A stretch of 64,000 nucleotides of DNA from Eremomyces bilateralis CBS 781.70. Its lineage: Eukaryota. Every line of letters begins with the position of its first letter. The stretch's first letter is position 1. The position numbers and the translations under genes were made by a program. This document shows, in pieces, positions 31,660 to 43,905 of this stretch. The notes beneath the pieces are model-generated. The model saw nothing but the letters and a program-made list of their open reading frames with translations. It had not been told where the DNA came from and did no database searches. The stretch lies in the NCBI GenBank assembly GCA_010015585.1, contig ML975151.1. One strand, 5' to 3'.

Positions 31660-34600
31660 ATGGCGGGCGGCTTCGACGACCTGATCGAGTTCCTCTTGCA
31701 GGAAATTGCCCTTCTGGGTGAGAAAGGTAAAAGATGTTCTATTTTCCTACAGTATTTTAATCATCCCGTCCATTCCTCCCGCTGCAAGTCATTCTAGTGC
31801 CCGCCAGTGATTGGATGCCCGATGCTTTGCCGTCTGTCGATGTTGAAAGTCATCGTTCCTCTCGCTCGTCCAGGCTTGGCATCTCGAAATCGTGGCACAG
31901 GGCGTCCGGTTCGAGCCGGGCTCAGACCGCGCATTTTTTATATTCGAAGAATTACTTACGGCTTGACTAGGCTTGTCTCCTTCGGAGTTTCGAGGGCTCA
32001 TTGATCGGTTTTATAAACCGGTAGGAAGAAATTTTGGCGCGGCAGAGGCACCCGAACCCCCGGTCGCGCTGGTGGATGACTTGCTCGTTGAGCAGGTGTG
32101 GAAGTGGACGACGGCGCATCGGGACATTTGGGTGGGGATAAAAGGAGAGTATAACGGGGTGTCATGGAAAGAGGCCGTTGAGATTGAAGCTGCTGCCTCG
32201 CCGTTCAATCAGCAACTAGAGCGAGCGGCGGACGTACCTCAAAGCCAAGTTAATCATACTGACAAGCCGGATGGTGGAACTCCAAACCCCATTGCTGAAT
32301 CTCAATCCAATGGGAACGTTGGGAAATCCACCGAGACCGATCCCCAGGTCAAAATAGAAGAAGCAGCAGAAAATCCAGCCTCTCAAGACAAGATTCGAAT
32401 CTACGCCTCCGAGGAGCGGATCTGGCACGCCCTGGCAGGCCATGGCATCGACCGCAAGAGAGTGCCTCCGCTGGAGTTTCAACTTCTCTGTGTCATCGCA
32501 GCTCAAGGACCGAAAGGCATCATCCAGCCGCAGCTTGTCAAACTCAGCGGGCAGGACAAACGCTCTCTTCCGAGGCGCACCGATGCCTTGCAAGAGAAGG
32601 GGTATATCGTCAAGAAGTCAATCATTCAAGGCGGCATGCGCACGAGCATTCTGACCTTGCGCCGATATGTCGAAGAGCACACGGAGGTCGCGTCGGACGA
32701 TGCGGCGAACAAGACGCGGATCTTCGTCGATGGCCAAGTGCAGGTGTTTAACGCGGTCGATGCCATATACGAGCTTCTTAAAGACATCAAGGTCATGCCT
32801 ACGGAAGATCTAGTTCGGCTTGTAGGCTTCGATGCCCGCTCCTTCCGGCGGCGGATGATGCGCGATATCTTCCAGCGGCTTGCCATGCTCGGCGTGATTG
32901 CGCAGGTCAAGGTCAAAGTCAGCTACACGAAGACCTGGAATGTCTGGAAGCGGGCGGTCAGACTGCTCCGCGCTCCGAATGAGAAGGACCGGAAGACGTT
33001 CGCATCGTTGTCGAAGGCCGAGATGAACTCATGGATCCGACAGCAGAACAAAGGAACAAACGGCGATGGCAATGCGGAATCGGACCAAGACTCTGAGGAC
33101 GAAGGCACCGTTGTTACTAACACGGAACAAGGGACGCCTGAGATTCCAGGCCGGGCTGGCGTTTCCGATCAACCACCGAAGCCCACCATCGGTCCTCAAT
33201 GGGATCCAGACCGATTGTGGCCGAACATCATATATGAGTACGTCGACAGAGCCGGAGAAGAGGGTGTTTCAAGCATGGACCTACGAGCCCGAACATTTGG
33301 CCCGGTCTGGAAGCGCCCCTTCGACATCGCGATGGCGCGACTCACCGATGCATGGGAGGTTTCTCAACCGGAAACGTTGCGCCACTTGAAAATCGTACGC
33401 GACACGGCTGTTAAAGATAGGACGAATCATTACTTATATAGGACTGTCGGCCACTACCAGAGTCTTGTGAATCAGGGCAACGGAGATTGGGACATCGTCA
33501 GCAACGGGCATCTTGCGAAACCGGGCAAGAAACAGAAAGTCAAATTGGAATATTTCCTTGCTCCGCCAGACGAATGGGGCTTTCCTTCGGTCAATACGAG
33601 CTTGCTAGCACCTGGAGATGGCATCGCTCCTCTACCGAAGCAGCCTATTGGGCGCGAGGCCATCAGTAAGCAGAAACAGCAAAAGCGCAAATATCTCGGC
33701 CTCGATTTGTCCGAAATTTCGAAGGAGATCCACCAGGAAGAGACCCAAGCCAACCAGTCCACCACAACGACCGCGGCGAAAGGCAAGAAACGGGCGATGG
33801 ATCGTTCAGCGCCAGGTGACACGACCTCCACACCTGCGGCGAAGAAAGCCAAACTTGCGCCGATGGGCAAGATCGCGCAGGAGAAGGCCAAGAAGGCAAG
33901 AGAGGAGGCCAAACGGTATGTGGCTGCGCTGAGAAAACAAGCGGAGAAGTTGGCCGCATGGCAGATTACGATGGAGAAGAAGAGGAGGGCGAAAGAGGCG
34001 GGGTTAGACTCAGATGATGTGGGCGTTGATTTGCGAGAGATCAAGCGTGCCACAGTGCAGAAGGTCCTAAAGCCACAAAAGAAGTCGTCGATTGTTCCAC
34101 CGAGGCGGAGGGGACGGCCGAGGAAACAGACTGAGAAAGTGGCCATGGTGGGACATGATGAGGAAGACGGTGACGAACATCCCGCCGTAAATGGGTCTGC
34201 TGGTGCTCCCACCACTATTCAGCATGAACAAGTTGAGTCCCTTGCACCACCTGCTACTCAACTAGACCACGCTCAGGACAATTTGCAAAACGGCGAACAG
34301 TCCATTAGCGCAGAGGCAGACAATAACAATCAAAGTCAAGCATTGGACGAAGACAAGAAAGCCTTGGAGCAGCGCACTGAAGAAATTCTCACCGGATTTC
34401 TCCACCGGACTCGACGGGGAGTCTACATCAAACCTCCTTTTGCAGACCGGTCGTTCACGCGAGGTCGACCGCGCAAGACGTTTATGATTGCTATTAAGCT
34501 CGATCAGCTGAAGGAAGAGGTACCTGAGGATGAGCAAGGAGCCCAAGCAGAGGCGAGGAGGTCCGAACTCGGAGAACAGGCGGATGATGGGGACGACGGT

Positions 34601-37600
34601 CGTCCTGATTTAGAGATGGTTGACGCGAACGACCAGCGTGTGGAGGAACAAAATCTAGTTGATGGTGAGGTTGGAGAACAAACCGCCTTTGTGGACACTT
34701 ACGGTGCACCAACACAAACTGCAGCAGTACCTGTCAGTCCCGGCGAGGAATTAGCAGCTCGAGCTACCCGCGATACCCATCCGATTGATATTGACGAGCA
34801 AGAAGACACGGACCACGAAGCCGAGACAAAGGACGATATCGTAATGGACGAAGACATTCAACAGCCCTTCGAGTCACCTAGCTCACGCAAGCAGACCATA
34901 TCTAAACCGAGTTTCAAACTCTGGAGTTTGTCTAGCCAGAACAAGAAAATCACCAAAAAGAGAGGTTCGCATCGAAGACCGGGTGTCCAACTCGGAGGTG
35001 GTACCACTGCGCTTAACCGGGTGAAAATCATTCTCGACCTGGTCAACAAATGCGACGGCATCATACCTGGCGCTCGGGCGGTATATCCTTCATTTGACTT
35101 TGCATGGAAGGCGCTCCATCCAAGTAGCGGTCGAATTGACTCCCGGACTATCGAACGAGCTCTGACCTCGATGGTGGAAATGGGAAAGCTCATCCACATT
35201 GAGGTTCCATGCGAAAGGAATGGGTCCAAATTCACGCAATCGATGTATACCTTTCCCGAGATTGACCCTTCTTCGGATCGTGTGGAGGACATGAAGAGGA
35301 ACATACGCTCCTGCTACCCATCGTCGTACCATCCTCCTCAGTTAGGCATAGCACCACCACCCGCGAAGCGTGGACCGCCGCGCCATACCGATCTATATCC
35401 AAAGGATGAGACCGTACAGTTCGCACAGCCGCTTCCTCAACCCGCCAACGTTCGCAGGAAACAAGCGGCAGCCGAGATCTCAAGGATCAAGGCGGCCGAG
35501 CGGGCGGCCAAACAAGCGGCGCGGGAACATGCCAGGAGAGAGAGGCAGGAGTTGAGGTTGGCAAGACAGCACCTCCGGGAAACGAACCGAGCCCACTTCA
35601 GGTCGATCAGAGATGTGACCAGTCACCGAGCCAAAAGACAGAATCGACCTCCTATGCCGTACGGGCCGTGGGGTCATCCGTCATTGGGCTTTGCACCTTC
35701 GTATATGCCACGTAGCGGGATGCAGACTATGTACCCAAGCAGGTATCCAGTCCAAATGGATCCTAGAACCTCCCTTGTTCTGGTCATCAAGGGACTTTCA
35801 ATGCTCACTCAGTGCTCATCGGACTTTCACCCCTTGACGGGCACGTTCTCGACTGTCACCAATGTGCCGAGACGTCTCGAACAGGCAGTGCCGGCTCGAG
35901 TGACATTATTGTATATGCTCCAATCTTTCCAGATGAAGGCATACTATCTCATGCTGCATCCAGCACCGACACTTCATCAGCAAACCGGGACATTTGGGAC
36001 CAGTGCTATCGTGCCGCAGGTGATGCAGGTCCCACGCTATCCTACTACTGGCGGCTCAGTATCTCGACAGCTTCCAGCACTCCTCCCGGCCCCACCGTCG
36101 ATGTACAATCCCAAAATTTCTCAGCTGGCTCCATTTAATAAGGACGATCCGCGCGCTTACGATGCGTTACTTCAATCTCACGCCCGCAAGGTTGCAAAAC
36201 AGCCTTCTTTCATCAAGGTCGATCTGGAGAAGGCGTTGTCCGAGTCGGCGAAGTACTTCGTGACGGCCATCACGGTCGTTCAAGCCCTCGTTGGCGGAGT
36301 CGATCAAGGTATCAACTGGACTTTAGTGACGACCATCTGCAAAGGCAATCCTCGGTTCGACATCGATATGGACATTGGTCATCTGCGCTATCGCTGGGTG
36401 ATTTATCGAGAATCCTTCAAAGACTGGCTCAATGAAGTTATTGAGGACTTCCGGGAGGTGTTTTTGGAAGCGTACGGAAAGGGGGAAGTCGACCCGATCG
36501 ATTTCGATAAGCCTTATGACTATGACTGGCTTGGCTTGGTCAAGTGGGCGATGAAGAAGCTTCTGATTCTATCGAGGTCTCCTGCCGAGTTTAGAAGAAA
36601 CCCGATCACGCATCGGAGCTTGCCTGCCACTTGGGAGGCGCTGGAGAATTCGTTTTCTATAGAATCGGAACCGAGTCAGAGTCGCACGCTGCCGGAGAAG
36701 TTCTACAATGACAAGACGAACGGCACGCACCGAGCGGTCTGGGTGCATAACGTTCCATTTGAGACGGATGCATTCGCCAAGACTAAGCCGCGAGGCAAAA
36801 AGGGGAAGACGCAAGAGACCGAAGATGGACTGCGGCAGGGCGAGAAGCGGATGACGAAGTCCTACGTCAGATCCGTCATCGCAACTCCCGATGATCAATA
36901 CGATGCCTTCCTCGCCCGAGACATTCTTTCGCGCTTCCCGCCCTACGCCATGGACCGCGCGATCGGTGAGCTCTCGCGGAAGAACATCATCTCCAAGCGA
37001 TTCCCTGGCCCCCACGTACCACCCGGTCGGACGTGGCAGCTTTCCGACCAGTTGAACTCGATGCTCGACCGCCAAATCACCGGCGAGATGTACCAAGAAG
37101 CCGCGCAGTTCAAAGCGGACCTCGACCGTGCGTTTTCAGAAGGAGACGAACCCGTCGTTCGAGTGCCGTTTACGGCGAAGAACGGGACTATGCTTGCGAT
37201 CCTGAACCTGGTTGCGAATGGCCGATGCAGACTGACTCCGGCCCTCCCTCGCATCATCAACGAAGACCAACCTCTCCTGCGAGGAGGTCGCGACGTTGAC
37301 GCCGAGCTGGTGTATTCGAAATGGGGATGGCTCAACGGCGCATACAACACACGGATCATGAATCGCAAATATCTGGAATTCCACGTCGACGTCCACCCGA
37401 CGGCTCGCTACCAACCAGGTAACCCATTCCTCGCAAGCTTGCCCGAGGGGACATTGCCTGCGCCCCCGACCGCCAACGATGATTTTGCGGAATCGGATGA
37501 GGCGTACCGTGGCTGCTACCCGCTCTGGCTCGATCATCAATCGCACATCATCCAAGATCTGTGGGAGAGGGTGGTCATGGCGGTCGTGCAAATCATCTCG

Positions 37601-37846
37601 TTCCGCGCCGGAGTCGATGTAGACGGATTGAGTAGGGCGTTCAAAGGGATGTTGGAGCCCTGGGAGCTTGAGATATGTGTGGGTTGGCTAGAGAAGGTTG
37701 GGGCGGTGGAGAGGGTGGCTGGGAAGGAGAACTATACTGTGACGGAGTGGTGGTGGATGGTTCCTGCGGCGTGGATTCGAGAGGAGACGACGGAGGTGGA
37801 CACTCGAAGGATTGAAGAAGACCACAGTCCCATTCTTGTGGAATAA
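31660..37846 (+). CDS. TFC3: RNA polymerase III transcription factor TFIIIC B-block-binding subunit (tau138; Tfc3/Sfc3); two exons
   Basis: Exon 1 reads MAGGFDDLIEFLLQEIALLGEK, followed by an intron at 31727-31970. The winged-helix B-block domain reads RIYASEERIWHALAGH...LEFQLLCVIA...GIIQPQLVKLSGQDKRSLPRRTDALQEKGYI. AT-hooks RGRPRK occur twice and the C-terminus contains EWWW. About 1980 aa. Confidence 0.9.
31908..31939. promoter_or_regulatory. B-box-like element (GGTTCGAGCC) followed by T6, in intron 1 of the TFIIIC subunit gene
   Basis: GTCCGG-TTCGAG-CCGGGC forms a T-arm-like hairpin at 31904-31921, and TTTTTT lies at 31934-31939. Confidence 0.5.
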
Positions 37847-37976
37847 TACTCATCGAAACAGCGGGGAATCATCAATGTATGGTATGACTTAATACCGAAG
37901 GTACCATAATTTTGATATCGGCCGTCGGCATCCAAGTTTCCAGCGATTAATTCCCCAGTACAGGAAACTTTAGGTT

Positions 37977-38450
37977 TCAAGATTCATTAGGCAATACTCT
38001 CCGAAACCAAATCAGGAGATCGGCGTGATCGGACAAGATGGCAATCCCAAGCTGGCCAACTGAACAATCGACATCAAGCCGAAACTCTGCTTTTAACATG
38101 GTCTTCTCCCGCGAATCGACGTCCAGCTTTTCCACCGTAAAGAACTCTCTAGAAACGTGCGTGAAAAGTAGCTTAACCCGCCAACTCCGATCCGTAGCAT
38201 CGATCACCAGCTTCCCCTCTTTACACTCCACGATATAGGTTCCATAGCCCTCCTCTCGATATATGCCCGCATGCGATGAAATCGAGGCCGCCAACGGCAG
38301 CGGCGGGTTCGGAATCCTTGGATAAAGCGCCTCGACCGTTTTAGCCCTCCACTCCACTTCATCCTTCACCGCCTGCGCCTCCCAATCGAACCTCTTGGAG
38401 ATAAACTTGTCATACTTGGAGAAGAACTGGTCGCTAGCCGTTTTGTTCTT
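37977..38450 (-). pseudogene. C-terminal fragment (DUF3471-like) of a beta-lactamase/AmpC-family serine hydrolase
   Basis: Reads HAGIYREEGYGTYIV...LLFTHVSREFF...KAEFRLD..GQLGI...IWFRR. No catalytic SxxK domain is visible, and there is no room for one before the neighbouring gene. Confidence 0.55.
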
Positions 38451-38857
38451 GATCGGAATCAACTCGGGCGAAGTTTGCAGATTTGAAACGCATCGGAGAG
38501 TTTGGAGGGTAGTGAGGACCTCCAAGATGATCTGCAGAGTGATACGACACGAATATGAAGTTTGCTCTGCGGGGCGTACGCCAAGATACAGAGCAGAGGC
38601 GTAAAAAGCAAAAGCTGATTTAAAAGTCACTGACTTGCCATCTTCCATCTTGTTACTGCTTCGGCAGTTCCATGTAAAACAAAGGAGGCTCTGTAGACGG
38701 TTTCGTCATATCTTGTAGAAGGGACAGGGCGCTCTCATGACTCATGACTCTCTAAGAATAGAGTTGCACAATTATGGTGAATCATTATTCCACCGCTCAC
38801 TCACAGATTTATATCCCTCCCCTCTCCTCCTCTAGTGTCTAAAAACGTCGCTGTGGA

Positions 38858-40443
38858 TCACTCTATCCCCTTTTGCTCTCTACTCCCCCCTTTCCCATCT
38901 TCCCCACAACAATGCGGCCTCAACTCCCTAGATACCAGACACTGACTCACCGAACACGACATCTCCGACCTCAGCTCCGGAAACAGCTCGAAGAAGCCGG
39001 GCCGCATCTGGAAGCAATGCAGATCCATGACGTGCGCGTGCCAGGGCGATGAGAACGCGTAGAGGCCCGTGGCAGGGTCGTGGTGGTAGATATCGCGCAG
39101 GTCGTGGCTCCAGAGGAAGAGGTAGTTGGTGCAGAAGGCACTGACGAAGCGGTCGCAGGCGAATCGGGTGCGGTTGAAGATCATTTGTTCGCGGAGGCCG
39201 GGCCTGGCGGGTCAGTGGGTTCAGTGATGCTGGTTGGGAGGAAATAAGTACCAGACGAAGAAATCCACAATTGGATCATGCTGGATGTGTAGTTGTGCTA
39301 GACTATATCGGCGGCGGCGTTAGCTTCACTACGACGATTTGGTTTGGTTTTTGTATCTTGCCTTGGGTGGGTAAACGGTGGAGTGGTGTCGTCATCCTTC
39401 CTAACCCGTTTAACCCTGGACTGCTTGAGTGTTAGATTGGGTCCAGTTCTCGGAATTCTATCTCCTACCGAGAAGCTCCGTCGGATTCCGTGTATGATTG
39501 AAGCTCTGTCCGCGAATCCAAGGTGAGAAAAGAGATGGCAATCCAAAGCTTTCAACCACTTCCAGCACCCATCGAGAGTATATTTTTGTTCCACGGCCGA
39601 CCATCCTTCTAGAAATGCTCTGATAGTTATGTCCTCGTCTGTGTCAACCGAGCAGAGAGCGTAGGTCGGCCGGGTTAATATATACTGTAAACAATCATTG
39701 GCCAGGTACCATAGCTTTCCATCGATTTGTTTCCTGAGAATCGTATTCGTGATCTGAGCAATTGGATCTGATAGATTTACGGACGAAGACGTGTGAAGCG
39801 GAATCTGATCACTGGTAGGATCGAGATCGACTGCCTGCGCGACCTCTGAAAGGAACCCGCATCTATGGTCGACATCGAGAGGATCGGGCACCTCCTGGTG
39901 GTAGAGCGCGGTTTTACGTCCAAAGTCTCCGAAGGGCTCTAGCTGGAAGGTATTGGGGACTTGAGATGTCGAAAGACCTTCGAATGGACGGTCTACCTGA
40001 TCGGGTGACTGTTGTGGTTTCGAAAGTAGAGTTGACATATCCAAGTAATCCAAGTTGACCCGCGATTCGGTCCCCGTTCCGACGGATAGGTTGGGTCTCA
40101 GCATAGCGGGAGAATCAGCGACGCTCACCGGTTTCTTCTCCATCTCTTCCATCCCGTGAGGTGTAGATTCGAACTCCAAATCATCTTGATGGTTGAACGA
40201 CCGAGACTTCGTCAGGAGCTTCTCAATGCTCGATAGGGTGTCCCGCAGATTCTGGATCTCATCCTGGGCTTCATGGAGTTGAGCAACGAGCTCACGTATC
40301 CGCTTGTCACCGCATTTTTCATCCTGGAGTGTCTGAACAAGGGCCTCAAGACTCGCGATTCGGTTCCTCGTTTTCTCCCGTAGATTCCTCTGCGCGTCTC
40401 TATCCAAAGCTCTTTTCCGTTCACGTCTCTCGTCAACCGTCAT
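38858..40443 (-). CDS. bZIP transcription factor with C-terminal DUF3425-like domain; multi-exon
   Basis: Basic region RERKRALDRDAQRNLREKTRNRIASLE. The spliced C-terminus reads HDPIVDFFVW/PGLREQMI...FLW...GLYAFS...FFELFPEL. The start codon is uncertain. Confidence 0.75.
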
Positions 40444-41769
40444 CCCTCCTCGTTTCCCAAGTTCCTGTTCCTTGCTTTAGGTAGATTCACAGCATTGCCA
40501 CATTAAAGACTACTAACCGCTGGCATCTTAGGAGAATCGTAACAGGTCCGTCAATTGACGGAATCCCGGGAGCCAGCCGGACAGAAACGTCGAGGTCCCG
40601 AAGTACTCTTGGATTATCCTGCCCAGCCACGAGTTGGATTCAAGGCTTAGAAAGAAAGGAGAGGTATAAGGAGATATTCAAGAATCCAGGTCTGCTACTA
40701 GGGCATATACCGGCGTTGCGATTCGCTGCTGCATGCAAGCTTTACCAACCAGCGCCTGTCAATTCTGAACGGGAAGCCTGCATAAAATCCCGTGTCTCGG
40801 TCAGCCGGGATAGGAATCGTCTTATTACTGGGGCCAAGGACCTTCGTATCTAGCTAGGTTTGCTCCATGTGATGCGCTGATGGATGCTATATCACTCGAG
40901 AGTTGAGAGGAGAAAGTTGAGCGGATGTGTGGCGTTGATCTCGATATATCGGAAATATTCCGTGATCCAGACCGAAGCCTCGCTATTTCCGGCCATCCCA
41001 CACTAAGGGGGTCAAGCGGGCTGGGGCGGGGACACTAGGACGCTCAGGGGTGGAGGTTCGAGTCCCAAAGAGCGAAAGAAAGCGTTTAGGAAACACTGAA
41101 TCTATGAATATTAGAGACTTGTATTGAACAACGGACATGATCGCCGACTACAGGAAGAACGTTGTATACTAGACGGTCAATTGCCCCGCAACTCCGGAAG
41201 ATTAAGATGATAATAATGGCGAGACCTCATGCTTAAACAGTACCAGTGTAGCTCGCACTTCATGGTCAACATCGAACTTGATCGGAACTTAAAAATAGTA
41301 TACGGCAAAGTACCTTTCAGATGTTCCCAACCGGATTGTCTTTGAGTCTGACTCTTCCGACAATGGAATACTGAGATTCCGGTGATGGGCTTTAGTGTAG
41401 ACAAATGACGGATACCTATATATGCCACATTTCCGATGAGACCAAGTCGGCGTCTAAATGGAGCGGCCCTCCCTAAGTGTTAGGTACTTCTTTGCAATGT
41501 ATACTATTCGAGCTGATGACAGTTCACTGATAACAGTTCACGGTTGTTGAATTGTTTCAATCCAGTGAAGATATCAGACACGTGACCATGGACAAGGATT
41601 AAGAAGAGCTCCCTCTGATTGGCTTGTAGCTCCTTAGCGCGCCAAGGCATGTGATGTTGATTCGAGCGTCTCGGCTGGAAAGTTTCAAGAGAGTTCAAGA
41701 CAGTTCAAGAGAGCTGATTGCGATCATTTCCACCTCCACACCACCGCGTAATATCAATCATTCAATAAA

Positions 41770-43346
41770 ATGCTTTGCGCAAGTAAGTACTTCTGAAATC
41801 GAATGATGGAGATGGAGATTCTAACCCCTTCTAGTCTCAGGCGAAGCTCCTCAGGAGCCCGTCGCTTCCAGCAAAAGCGGTATGTTGATTCTCAACGGCG
41901 TCCCGAACGTCTTCTCTAACCCACCCCCAGGCAACGTCTTCGAACGCCGTCTAATCGAAACCTACATTACCGAGAATGGCACCGACCCGATCACCAACGA
42001 GCCCCTCACCCTCGACGACCTCCTCCCCCTCCGCACCGCCCGCGTCGTTCGCCCCCGTCCTCCCACACTCACCTCCATTCCCGCCCTCCTCTCCACCTTC
42101 CAGAACGAATGGGACGCGATCGCCCTTGAGTGCTACACGCTCAAGTCCCAGCTCCAGCAGACCCGCCAGGAGCTGAGTACCGCGCTTTACCAGCACGAGG
42201 CGGCGATGCGCGTCATCGCGCGCGTGACGCGTGAGCGGGACGAGGCGCGCGAGGCGCTGAGTCGGATTGGTGTGTCGGCGGGTGCGGGTGCGGAGGCGGA
42301 TCAGATGGCGGTGGATGCCAAAGGATTGAGCGGGGAGTTGGCGGAGAAGGTGGAGACGACACAGGCGGAGTTGCAGAGCACGAGGCGGAAACGACCGGTT
42401 CCAGAGGGTTGGGCGACGGGGGAGGAGGTGGAGGGGTTCGGGGCGAAGGAGACGGGGTATAAGGTGGCGGGGACGAGGCGGTTGGCGGTGGATGAGACGG
42501 GGCAGTTGGTGTTGGCGGCGGGTGGGAAGGGTGCGGGGGTGTTTTCGGTCGCGGAAGATTCGGTGGTGCAGACGTTGGATGTTGGGGGGGTGGGCGTGAC
42601 GGATGGGCTGTGGGTCGAGTCAAGGCCGGTGGTCGGACTGACCAATGGATCGGTCGTGGTCTTTAATGGAGAAGGGGAGGCGACCGCAACATTCAAGTCG
42701 CATGCTGGCCCTGCTATGGCCGTTACGGCGCACCCCAGCGGAGAGATCCTCATCTCCGTTGGCGTGGATAAGAGCTACGTTGTCTATGATCTGCCGGGAA
42801 ACAAGGTTGTCCTGCAGAATTACACCGAGTCCGGTATGTCATCGCACCTGCACCTCGTCATACAGAAACTAACTCCTTCCAGAACTCTCCTGCGCTCAAT
42901 TCCACCCCGACGGCCACCTTTTCGCGGCTGGTGGCAAGGATGGCGAAGTGAAGGTGTACCAAATCAACACCGGGGAGAAAGTCGGCGGCTTCCAGACCGA
43001 CGCGCCCGTCCGCTCGCTCTCCTTCTCCGAGAACGGCACCTGGCTCGCATCCGTATCCGAAGGCCAGAGCGACGTCACCATCTGGGATCTGCGCAAGATG
43101 ACGGCGATCAAGACGCTGGAGATCGGATCGGCGGTGTCGAGCGTCCGATTCGACTATACCGGGCAGTTCCTGGCAGTCACCGGGCCGGGGAATACGGTGG
43201 TGATGCAGTATAAGAAGAAGGAAAAGCAGTGGCTGGAGCCGCTTCGGAAGGGCGTAAGCGGTGAGGCAGTGGCATGGGGCGAGAGCGGAAAGTCTCTAAT
43301 GGTGGTGACGGGAGATGGTGGGCTGGTTCAGTTGACGGCGGCATGA
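41770..43346 (+). CDS. PRP19: Pre-mRNA-processing factor 19 (U-box, coiled coil, WD40); four exons
   Basis: Spliced start MLCAI/SGEAPQEPVASSKS/GNVFERRLIETYI. Also RPRPPTLTSIPALLSTFQNEWDA, QTRQELSTALYQHEAA and FSENGTWLA. Confidence 0.97.
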
Positions 43347-43905
43347 TGGCTCAGTCTCGCTGTGGGTTGGTTCACATTGGCGTCCGCGGTGCATGTGGGT
43401 TCGCAGGCAGTTTTCATGGGCAAGGTACATCATGGCCAGTACGGCCAGCCTAGGGTTCTTGAGCAGTTTGAAGTGAAATACCGGAAGGGCAAAAGTTGCG
43501 GGCTCGGTGTACAATAGTACAATATATCGCATTCACATCTGACTATGCACCATTTCTACCCCCTCACTCTCCATACGCTCACAGGAATAATTCTACAACC
43601 CCCCAAATTCCAGAACCATCTATTTATATTCGGAATTATTGTACTTAAAACAACACGGTGGCATCCCCGTTGCAGGGAATTTCCACGGTACAGAGCGGGC
43701 AACGGCCCGACGGAATCTTGGTTTCACACCACCGAGTGACCACACACGTCCAATGATCGGGCGGCAACATCATCGACCTCCTCCACGCCACATCACTGAG
43801 TGATCACTTCACTTCTTCTCCACTCTCCACTCGATCTCTGGATTTCCCCTGGATTTCTTCACTCCACGGCTCGATATCGGCTCCCGCACACTCGGAGATC
43901 ACAGG

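Noticed and set aside
31880..31940. Intact tRNA inside TFC3 intron 1
   Set aside because: Only a T-arm-like hairpin is present; the A-box-like and B-box motifs are a few nt apart, leaving no room for D and anticodon arms.
41006..41080. Functional tRNA gene
   Set aside because: The acceptor, anticodon and T stems do not pair, so it is kept only as an isolated B-box.
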